NCBI GenBank assembly: GCA_964016885.1
Contig: OZ024741.1
Location: forward strand, 287,742,001-287,806,000
Length of the DNA stretch: 64,000 nt
From: Eledone cirrhosa
Lineage: Eukaryota
Direction of reading: 5' to 3'
Shown piece after piece: positions 53,501 to 64,000 of the stretch. A program made the position numbers and the translations under genes. The notes under the pieces are model-generated. The model worked only from the letters and a program-made list of their open reading frames with translations. It was not told the DNA's origin and made no database searches. Numbering within the stretch: the first letter of the stretch is position 1; each line of letters opens with the position of its first letter.

Positions 53501-55064
53501 TTTCTTTATTAGCCACAGGGGCACAAAAGAAGGGGACAAATACAAAGGGGGGAAGTTTACATACAATAAAAACGTGTAAAATGTTATCACAGATGGAATT
53601 TAAAAGTTAGTCGATTTTCCCCAATAGAGGGAGACAGTTTATATGGGTAACACAGACCCCCGAAAAAAATGTGCAACCCTCATCTCCAGGAGTACGAAGA
53701 GCTTGTACTCCTTTCCTCTCCTCCTCCTTTTCCTCAACCTACAGGCTGATATAGAGAGAAGGCCCATTCACTCGGGCCATTCTCGCCACTTTCACCCACC
53801 TTTCATAAAACTTGCTGGGGTACAGCACCTCTCTCTCCATCCTGATTCTTCTTCCAAAGTGGTATTTGAAAAAAAGAATCAGTTGTTGGCCGGAGAGAAA
53901 GGTGTCTGACCTCAGCCCTTTCAACCGTGTCCACCATACAACCTCTTTCGCCATAGCTATCACACAAAGGAAAACCGCCTCTCCTTCGTTTTTGAAGGAG
54001 GGTGGCGGTTTGATCATGACAATGGACTCGGTGGTCAACTGGATTGGTCCCACCCGCGACAATAGTCGTTCTACATAGCCCCACAGGTCAGTGACGCCCG
54101 GGCAGTGTATGAATGCGTGCGCGACGGTTTCTTCGTCTCGCACGCACCTCGGACAGATCTTTTTTGCAGGGTCCCTGCCCGGGCGTCCATGTCTGTAGAG
54201 CTTGTCTCGAACTGGTAGAGCTCCTCGGTAGCACTGCCAGGCCAGGGACTTTTGGAAGTTGTCCATCGGTCCCGGGCGGAAGGTCCTACCGAACAGACTG
54301 GCCAGTTCATCTTCCTCCACGCCCAGAGTTTCACCGAGCGCGTCGTCGCACTTGCTGCGGACCAACCCTCTATAGAATGACGAAGTGGAGTCTCCACTGA
54401 TCGCTGGGTCCGCCTGCCAGAGGGCTGTGAGCGCCTGAGCACATTCGATGTGCCAGTCGCCCATTTTCCTCGGTCTCTGCTTGACCCAGGACTGCAGCTC
54501 GGTCAGCGAGACGAGTCGTGGGAAGGCTCGCCTCACGAACGGGGCCCACACCGGTTGTCCGGTGAGGAATACGTAGAGATGCCGCAGCCTGAGCGCGTGT
54601 TTGCGCATCGTCAACCACGGCATCCCCAGCCCTCCGTTAGAAGGGTGTTGGCAGCAGATGGATCTTCTTACCAAAGGAGCCCGCCTCTTCCAAAGGAATC
54701 GGAAGAGGGCGCGCTCCATTTTGGCGAGCGTTTTGGCTGGACAAGGCACGACGGTCAAGCGGTAGTAGATGGCGGACGCTATAAAAGTGTTCGCCACCTC
54801 CGCTCGACCTTTCAAGGATAGTTTGCACTCGGCCCACTTCTGGGTGAGTGCAAACACCTTGGCCGTCACTTCGTTCCAGTTCTTCTCCACCTGGAGGTCC
54901 GGACCAAACCAGACCCCGAGCAGCTTTACCGGTCCTTCCGTCCAGCGTCCGACGACGCCATCGGAAGGCATCGGTCTGCCTCTCCACGATCCGAGTTGCA
55001 AACCGATGGACTTGTCCCGGTTCAGCTTCGCTCCTGTGAGACTTTCGTATTCCTTTAGTAAGGT
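53501..55064 (-). mobile_element. Tx1/L1-clade LINE, 5'-truncated (ORF 53739-55001)
   Basis: VKLLGVWF, LSLKGRA, GGLG, CPRC..ETVAHAFIHC; (GATA)n on both sides. Confidence 0.9.
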
Positions 55065-55065
55065 G

Positions 55066-55141
<76 letters not shown>

Positions 55142-55335
55142 CACGACGCCTTCCGTCTTCCGCCTCGAACCCGGCAAACGTTCCCTTAGATAGATAGATA
55201 AATATCTTTCTTTATTTGCCACAGGGGCGTACAAAACTGGGACATTACAAGACGTGACGGCGGGACTTTTACATAAAAATAACTTTAACATTAATAAATA
55301 ACAATAAACTATATATAATAAAATAGATAGATATG

Positions 55336-58130
55336 TTTCTTTTATTTGCCACCAGGGTATCAAAAGTGGGACAAGTACAAAGGGGGGAGTTTACAAAACA
55401 AGGCGTCCTCAATAAGGAGGAGGCAATAACAAAATATAAAAATAAAATAAAATATAACAGAATAAAATTTATAACAAAATCCTCAATAGAGAGGAGGCGC
55501 CTTGGGGGGTCGCACACACCCCCGAAAAAAAGTGTGCAACCCTTTTCCTCAGGAGCACAGAGAAGGGGTGCTCGCTTGGTCTTTCATCTTCCTCATCTAT
55601 AGTCTGATGTAGAGTGAAGGCCCATTCACACGGGCCATTCTCGCCACTTTCACCCACCTTTCATAAAAACGGCTGGGGTGCAGCACCTCTCTCTCCATCC
55701 TGATCCTTCTTCCGAAATGATATCGGAAGAAACGGACCAGTTGTTGGCCAGAGAGAAAGGTGTCTGACCTCAGTCCTTTCAGACGCGTCCACCATACAAC
55801 CTCTTTCGCCATGGCTATTACGCACAGAAACACCGCCTCTCCTTCGTTTTTGAAGAGGGGAGGCGGCTTGATCGTTACAATAGACTCGGTGGTCAACCGG
55901 ATCGGTCCCACCCTTGACAGCAGTTGTTCGACATAGCCCCACAGATCAGCAATGCCCGAGCAGTGTACCAATGCGTGTGCAACGGTTTCCTCGTCGCACA
56001 CGCATCTGGGACAGATCTTTTTCGAGGGGTCCCTACCCGGGCGCCCGTGTCTGTAGAGCCTTTCTCGAACGGGCAGAGCCCTTCTGTAGCACTGCCAGGC
56101 CAGGGACCTCTGGAAGTTATCCATTGGTCCCGGGCTGAATGTCCTACCGAGCAAGTTGGCCAGTTCGTCTTCCTCCATGCCTAGGGCTTCTCCGAGGGCG
56201 TCGTCGCACCTGCTAACCACCAGCCCTCTATAGAATGACGAGGTGGATTCTCCACTGACAGTCGGGTCCGCCTGCCAGAGAGCCGTGAGCGCCTGGGCAC
56301 ACTCGGTGTGCCAGGCGCCCAGTTTTCTCGGTCTTTGCTTGACCCAGGATTGCAGCTCGGTGAGTGAGACGAGTCTGGGAAAGGCTCGCCTCACAAATGG
56401 GGCCCACACCGGTTGACCGGAGAGGAATACCTGGAGGTGCCGTAGCCTTAATGCGTGTTTACGTATCATTATCCACGGCATCCCCAGCCCTCCTTTCGAA
56501 GGGTGTTGACAGCAGATGGATCTCCTCACCATAGGAGCCCGCTTCTTCCAAAGGAATTGGAAGAGTGCGCACTCCATTTTGGCGAGCGTTTCCCTTGGGC
56601 AAGGCACAACGGTCAGGCGGTAGTAGATGACGGACGCTAAATAAGTGTTCGCCACCTCCGCCCGACCTTTCAGGGACAGTTTGCACTCGGCCCACTTCTG
56701 GGTCAGTGCAAACACCCTGTTCGTTACCTCACCCCAGTTCTTCTCCACCTGGAGGTCTGGTCCGAACCAGACCCCGAGCAACTTCGCCGAGCCCTCCGTC
56801 CAGCGCCCGACGACGCCATCGGAGGGCATCGATCTGCCCCTCCACGTGCCGAGTTGCAGACCGATCGACTTGTCCCGGTTCAGCTTAGCCCCTGTAAACC
56901 TTTCGTACTCCTCCAGTAAGGTGCCGATCGCCCCGATTTCCGAGGCCGTAGACACCATTACTGTTACGTCGTCGGCGTAGGCCGACACCGCTTTCCGCAA
57001 TCCCGGCTCCAACGGGATGCCCTGCAACAACTCCAACTTCAACTTCCGCAGCAGTGACTCTAGAGTCATTACATACAGAAGGGAGGAGAGAGGGCACCCC
57101 TGTCGGATGGACCGCGCGATTTCGAATGGCTCCGAGAGGTAGCCGTTCACCTTGACCCTAGATCAGATGCGGCTGCTGTGCATGGCATTGATCCAGCCCC
57201 TGAAAACGGGTCCGAAGCCTGCCGCCGCTAGCACCGCATCCAGGTAACCATGGTCGACCCTATCGAATGCCTTAGATTGATCCAAGTTGATCAGGGCCCC
57301 ACCAAAGCCGGGTTCGTTCCCAACCCTCTCTATGATGTATCGCATGAGGTGGAGGTTGTCGTGGATGGACCTGGACGGCATAGCACATGTCTGCGCATCT
57401 CCCACCAGGTTGCCCACGACAAGCGCCAACCTCTTTGCTAGCACCTTGGCCAAAATCTGTAACTCTGTATTTAGCAGAGTTATGGGTCTGAAATTATTTA
57501 TATCGTCCCCCTTGTTCTCGTCCTTCCTCACTAGCTGGACTACGCCCTTGGTCACAGCACAGGGAATTCTCCCGTTCTGTTGCCAGTTGCAGTAGACCGC
57601 CTCGAGGAGATCGGGAAACAAGTCCGGCATAGCTAGATATAGTTCGTAAGGAAGACCATCGAGACCCGGGGATTTGCGTTTGCCGCATTGGCTTCGCCTC
57701 CCTGTCCGAGAGACGCGGCAGGCCGTCGAGGTATGGACCGAAGTTCACATCCCCAACCGGCTCCCCGCCCCTTCCGAACAATCCGGCAAAATGTTTTTGA
57801 AAATCCTCGCACATCTGCTTAGGTTCAAGGATCACCCGTCCATCCTGGTCTCGCAAAGACCGGATAGTGGATCTGCTCCCTCTTTTGGCTTCTGTCACGC
57901 GGACCCAGCTAACAGCTTTGGTCCCCTCGTTTCCCAGAGCACGTATTTTGCTTCGGACGATGCAGCCTTCGTGTTTCGCGTCGAAGAACTGGCCCAGGGC
58001 CGTTCTCGACGCTAGCACTCTGGCCACGTCGCCGCTTCTAATTGCCTCTTCTACACTATCTACCAACTCCCTTTCCTTCCTATTTCTATTTGAGGCTAAC
58101 TCCTTACTAAATTCTATAGAGACTACTCTA
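55336..58130 (-). mobile_element. Tx1/L1-clade LINE, 5'-truncated and frameshifted (ORFs 55597-57150, 57163-57630, part of 57494-58345)
   Basis: NFRPITLLN, LDQSKAFD, RQGCPLS, AYADD; (GATA)n on both sides. Confidence 0.92.
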
Positions 58131-59726
58131 AAATAGATAGACAGACAGACAGATAGAATCACATGATCCACATCGCAGGTGCAATATGTCCGAACACGGA
58201 AGAGCCGAACTCCCACTGTCATCGCCTCCATCTCTTTCGCCCTCCCCATCTTTCTGTATTGTGAGCAAATGCGGTCCCACGTGCTGGCCGCCCCACAGCC
58301 CCAGCGGACAGAATGGAGAATGCGTTTCCCCGGAAGATGTTTCATTAAAGAGAAAAATTAGAATAGTATCAGTGAGGTTCAGTAAAGAGTTAACAATAGA
58401 AAACCCACATAGTAGAGAAAAAATAGTTAGTCATTTAGAAGAAGCGCGTACAAACGGCGTTTCAACTGACATGCTAGCAACGGGAATGCCTCTCGACCAA
58501 CTGTCGCCTCTATTAATCTACAACTCAGCCTGTCGCTGTGCGTGCGTGTGTATTTGTGTGTTTCGTCCTTCCCTCTCATTTTTCTTTTCAAATCTTCTAA
58601 CTTTCTACTCGCTCTGAACCATTTTCTCTTTCCAACAGTTACCTCCCTTTTCCCTAACCTCTCTCACTAATGTCAACATATCATTCAATATCATTTCACA
58701 TTTCTCTTATTTCTGATGAAATATTTCTGTCCGTAATGTTACACCTCACTTCTTCCTCATGCTATAACATTTATCCGATCGTTTTAATTATTTGTTTTAC
58801 TTTTTGTCGGTGCCAAAAGAAAGAAAATCAATAGTTTCCTCAGGTTCTTTTGTTCAATTTTCATTTCCTAGTTTGTTACTTCAAGTACCTACCTAATCAA
58901 TATGTTTCGATACACCCACATCTGACAGTTCATTTTATTTATTATTTTTTTTTTTCAATACAGTTCGGTTAATAGTATTCTTTTTCATTGTTCATAAACA
59001 TTTCTATTTTCTTTATACTGCTTTATCTCGTGTAGATATTTATTGCCATTGTGTGTGTGTGTGTGTGTGTTTTTTTTTTTTGTTTTTTTCATTTTCATAT
59101 CACGTGTTTGTATTAGTTCGATAATACAAGGTACATGACTAGAAAGAAAAACTGAATAGCGAGGGTGGGAGAAAATGTAGTTCTTCGTAAGAGCTGAAAT
59201 AAATTCAACAAACTCCGGGACTTACAGACATGAAAATAAATTTAACCAATATTTTAAAAACTTTTTTTTCTTATAGATATTCGTTTTGTAATTTTGAAAA
59301 AGCTAACCGATCTTCATTTAAGACATTTCTCTTGACCTCTTGTCTCCACATTGATTCTGTTGTTATTGTGTTTTAGCACCTACTAATTCCGTGTGAAATG
59401 CATCTTCACGATATAACACTCACTGGGTATTAGTGATTGTATCGTTTTTCTGGATATCATTAACTTTGTTTCCTGCTGAGAATAATCTACCTTTTTTTTT
59501 TTTTTGCTCCCCTTGAATAAGGTAATTTTACTCTGCAATTCTTCCTTTCTTCCTTCAACTAACCTAATCTGTTTATATCTTTTCCCCAATATAACTAAAC
59601 CTTTTTGTCATTTATATTCCTCACCAGCATTTCATGCTACCTACTTTTGACAATCTGGCCTTATGTTCATTTCATTTTATATATATCGCAGTTAGGTTTG
59701 GAGGTTACACGTTCACAACAGGTCAA

Positions 59727-59759
<33 letters not shown>

Positions 59760-59779
59760 CTATATATATATATGTATAT

Positions 59780-59839
<60 letters not shown>

Positions 59840-60070
59840 ATTTCTATTTATTTGCCACGAGGGCACAAAAGAAGGGGACATTTACACAGTGGGGGAGTTT
59901 ACATAAATCGAGTAAAGAAAAAAGGAATAACAATAATAATATAACAATAAAAAGTCCTCAAAAGGGAGGGGGCGTGTTGGGGATTGCACATACCCCCGAA
60001 AAGTGTGCAACTCTTTTCGCGGGGGAAGCCCAGAGAGGAGGCGCTCCCCCTTTCCTCTTCACTTCTTCAC

Positions 60071-63000
60071 CTACAGAACAATGTAGAGAGAAGGCCCATT
60101 TACACGGGCCATTCTCGCTTCTTTCACCCACCTTTCATAAAACTGTCTGGGACCAAGCACTTCTCTCTCCATCCTGATTCTTCTTCCGAAGTGGTATCGG
60201 AAGAAGTAAACCAGGTGATGGCCGGAGAGAAAGTCACCCGACCTCAGACCTTTCAGGCGCGTCCACCACACAACCTCTTTCATCATGGCTATTACGCACA
60301 GAAAGACCGCCTCTGCTTCATTTCTGAAGGGAGGAGGCGGCTTGATGTTCACCACAGACTCGGCGGTTAATCGAATCGGCGCCACACGCGACAGCAGTCG
60401 TTCGACGTAGCCCCACAGATCGGCAACGCCCGGGCAGTGTACCAGTGCATGCGCAACGGTTTCCTCGTCGCGCACGCATCTGGGACAGATCTTTTTCGCG
60501 GGATCCCTGCCCGGGCGCCCGTGTCTGTAGAGCTTTTCTCGAACGGGCAGAGCCCCCCGGTAACACTGCCAGGCTAGGGACCTCTGGAAGTTGTCCATGG
60601 GTCCCGGGCCGAAAGTTCTACCGAACAGGCTGGCCAGTTCGTCCTCCTCCATGCCTAGCGACTCTCCAAGGGTGTCGTCGCCCCTGCTAGCCACCAACCC
60701 TCTATAGAATGTCGAGGTGGATTCTCCACTGACAGTCGGGTCCGCTTGCCAGATAGCCGTGAGCGCCTGGGCACACTCAGTGTGCCAGTTGCCCAGTTTT
60801 CTCGGTCTTTGCTTCACCCAGGATTGCAGTTCGGTGAGCGAGACGAGCTGTGGGAAGGCTCGCCTCACAAACGGGGCCCACACCGGCTGACCGTTGAGGA
60901 ATACCTGTAGATGCCGTAGCCTCAATGCGTGCCTACGCATCAACAGCCACGGCATACCCAGCCCTCCTTTCGAAGGGTGCTGGCAGCAGATGGATCTCCT
61001 CACCATGGGAGGCCGCTTCTTCCAGAGGAACTGGAAGAGCATGCGTTCCATGATGGTGAGCTTTTCCTTGGGGCAAGGCACGACGGTCAGGCGGTAGTAG
61101 ATGACGGACGCTATGTAAGCGTTCGTCACCTCCGCCCGACCTTTCAGTGATAGTTTGCACTTGGCCCACTTCTGGGTCAGCGCAAACACCCTGCTCGTCA
61201 CCTCGCCCCAATTCTTCTCCACCTGGAGGTCCGGTCCGAACCAGACCCCGAGCAGCTTCACCGGGCCCTCCGTCCACCGCCCGACGACACCGTCTAACGG
61301 CATCGGTTTGCCCCTCCACGTTCCGAGTTGCAAACCGACTGACTTGTCCTGGTTCAGCTTAGCCCCCGTCAGCCTTTCGTATTCCTCCAGTAGGGTGGCG
61401 ATCGCCCCGATTTCCGAGGCGTCCGCCACCATTACTGTTACGTCGTCGGCATAGGCCGAGACCGCTTTGTGCAATCCCGGTTCCAGGGGTATGCCCCGCA
61501 GCAACTCCAACTTCCGCAGCAGTGGCTCGAGAGTCAATACGTACAGAAGGGAGGAGAGGGGGCACCCCTGTCTGATGGATCGGGTGATTTGAAACGGCTC
61601 CGAGAGGTAGCCGTTTACTTTAATCCTAGAGTAGATGTTGCCACTGTGCATGGCAGAAATCCAGCCCCTGAAAACGGGTCCGAAGCCCGCCGCCGCTAGC
61701 ACCGCATCCAGGTAACCATGGTCGACCCTATCGAACGCCTTAGATTGATCCAAGTTGATCAGGGCCCCACCAAAGCCGGGTTCGTAGCCAACCCTCTCTA
61801 TGATGTATCGCATGAGGTGGAGGTTGTCGTGAATGGACCTGGACGGGATAGCGCATGTCTGCGCGTCTCCCACCAAACCACCCACCACAAGCGCCAACCT
61901 CTTCGCCAACACCTTGGCCAAAATCTGTAACTCTGCATTCAGCAGAGTTATGGGCCTAAAGTTACTTAAGTCGTCCCCCTTGCTCTCGTCCTTCCTCACT
62001 AGCGTGACCACGCCCTTGGTCACAGAACAGGGAATTCTCCCGTTCTGTTGCCAGTTGCAATAGACAGCCTCGAGGAGTTCGGAGAACAAGACCGGCATAG
62101 CTAAATAAAGTTCGTATGGTAGACCATCGAGACCCGGGGATTTGCGTCTGCTGCATTGGCTGAGCGCTTCCCCGATTTCAGTGGCTGTGATTGGCCCTTC
62201 GCAGCACTCCGCTTCGCCGCTCGAAAGACGCGGTAGACCGTCGAGGTATGGACCGAAGTCCACATCCCCGTCCGGCCCCCCGCCACCTCCGAACAGTCGA
62301 GCAAAGTGCCTTTGAAAGGTCTCGCACATTCGCTCAGGTTCAAGGATCACCCGTCCATCCTGGTCTCGCAAAGACCGAATGGTGGATTTAATCCCACTCT
62401 TGGCTTCTGTCACGCGGGCCCAGCTAACAGCTTTGGTCCCCTCGTTTCCTAAAGCACGTATTTTACTTCGGACAACGCAGCCTTCGTGCTTCGCGTCAAA
62501 GAACTGGCTCAATGCCGTTCTCGTCGCTAACACTCTGGCTACGTCTCCGCTCCTAATCGCCTCTTCTAGTTTATCTGTTAACTCCCTTTCCCTCCTATTT
62601 CTATTCGCCGCTAGTTCCTTACTGTAACCTATCGAACTTACTCTAATCTCTCTCTTTAGAGATATCCACCACCTACTGTTGACGATCGCTCCCGTCAACC
62701 GCATCTTAACTAAGCTATTAATCCGGTTTCTGTAATCTTTCTTTGTCGGTAAGGACAAGTTCATCTTCCAGTAACCGGGACCCTGTCTATGCGTTCTATC
62801 AAGGTTGACCACGCAGGTCACTAATTTGTGATCTGAATAGCCAACCATGATCAGTTCTGGACAACTAAATACGTCCCTATCCTTACTCCTAACCAAAAAC
62901 CTATCTAGGTACGATCTAGATTGTCCACTGCGGTTTGCCCAGGTCCAGGTTGGCGCAGTTGGACAATCTAGTCGAAATCTATCGACCAGGTCGAATCGAT

Positions 63001-63503
63001 CGAGTAACCCCTTGAGGCTGCTACACCCCCCTCTATCGGGACATGCCCCTGCATAGTCCCAACGCGCATCTAGGATTCCATTCCAGTCCCCCACTAAAAG
63101 CAGGGAACGCGACGTTCCTAGAAAAGTCTCCAGACGTTGGAAGAAGTCGGCTCTCTCCGCCCCGAAGGGAGCATAAAGACCGACCAGTCTGAAAGCCCCG
63201 CCTTCACCACCTCCGACGTCCAGCACCAGTAATCGACCCCCCGGGTCCGAGTGAACAATCTGTACGTCGAGAGTCAGACGTTTATCCAGCAGTACGGCAA
63301 CTCCCCCCCCCCCCGCCTCCGGGTTGACAGAGAGATGCGTGCATCTCAAAGTCATCGAAGGCGGGCGCCAGCTGTCTCACGCTGCTGATCCGACTCTCGC
63401 AAACAACCATCACATCTATACTTTGTGACCTGAGGTCACTTAGAAGCTTTGCTTGCTTCCAAGCTGAGCTCAGGCCACGCGCGTTCAAACAGCCAACTCT
63501 CAA
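60071..63503 (-). CDS. Tx1-like ORF2 (APE endonuclease, RT, C-terminal CCHC), single frameshift in the C12 run at 63303-63314
   Basis: CLNARGL, VCESR, GGVAVLL, GDWN, YLDRFL, SDHK, SPGLDGLP, RQGCPLS, YADD, CPRC..H...HC. Confidence 0.9.
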
Positions 63504-63508
63504 TTGAT

Positions 63509-63931
63509 CTATTTTGGTGTTGAAAGTGAAGAAAGAAAAGCACTTACCTCTCCGGGTTGCGTAATTTCCATGGCATCAGGTGTGTTGGGTGGAGGGATGT
63601 TTTGTGGTGGTGTGGGGGTACACGTGTGTGGTGGGGTTGGGGTATTTGGAGTTGTGTCAGGGAGAGGGGCGGTTATGGGGAAATCTTTCAAGAGGACGCG
63701 ATTCAACGGTTTTAAACAGGGGGGGCTCACGTCCCGTCTAAATTGTTCTTTTAAGGAACGATAAAGGTCCAGAGGGACCTTTATCATTTTTAAATGGGTG
63801 AAGTTCTCTGTTGAGATAAAGTTTGGCCCTTCGGTCTGCACCATAGGGTTATTGTTTATTAATTTAACCAGTTTTTTGTTTTCTTTATTTATATATGTGT
63901 ATTGCAACGTCTTTTTTTGTGATGCTGTCAA
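63509..63931 (-). CDS. Putative ORF1 C-terminal part of the Tx1-like element
   Basis: Open frame ending 5 nt before ORF2; Pro/Thr-rich; assigned by position only. Confidence 0.55.
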   Translation of the reverse strand: MTASQKKTLQYTYINKENKKLVKLINNNPMVQTEGPNFISTENFTHLKMIKVPLDLYRSLKEQFRRDVSPPCLKPLNRVLLKDFPITAPLPDTTPNTPTPPHTCTPTPPQNIPPPNTPDAMEITQPGEVSAFLSSLSTPK

Positions 63932-64000
63932 TGTTTCGGAGAGGGGAGGCGCAGATTTATTTTTGTTTGTTGAGGGTGGGGTGTTTTTGATTGGAGTTGG

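Larger units (their letters stand above)
59841..64000 (-). mobile_element. Tx1/L1-clade LINE, near full length, runs off the window
   Basis: ORF1 end + ORF2 + 3'UTR with AATAAA; 3' end joins (TATC)n. Confidence 0.93.

Noticed and set aside
58705-58745. CTGATGA motif resembling the 340-bp element hammerhead
   Set aside because: GAAA and stem II are destroyed; too decayed to call.
53803-62627. Overlapping and antisense ORFs inside the Tx1 copies
   Set aside because: Expected shadow ORFs of GC-rich coding sequence; they recur only because the copies are homologous.

Overview
AT-rich, microsatellite-saturated eukaryotic DNA with no recognisable host gene. The tRNA/Nin(Deu)-type SINE and the (TA)n/(TG)n density suggest an octopus/cephalopod genome (inference). 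Almost everything identifiable is a mobile element: several Penelope-like element (PLE) remnants with C-terminal GIY-YIG, an RTE LINE plus an internally deleted non-autonomous relative, two R4/Dong-like RLE 3' fragments in (CATA)n, a nested array of Tx1/L1-clade LINEs in (GATA)n, a deleted Helitron, a Tc1/mariner MITE and about 20 SINE pieces. The strongest signal, invisible in the ORF track, is non-coding. About 20 type-I hammerhead ribozyme motifs from at least 12 sequence families can be folded by eye. Most lie in units that end in (TA)n, and many units are fold-back palindromes of 0.1-5.3 kb. Several palindrome centres or junctions coincide with ribozyme landmarks (stem I edge, stem II, predicted cleavage site). 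All folds and alignments were done by eye; ribozyme activity is untested.
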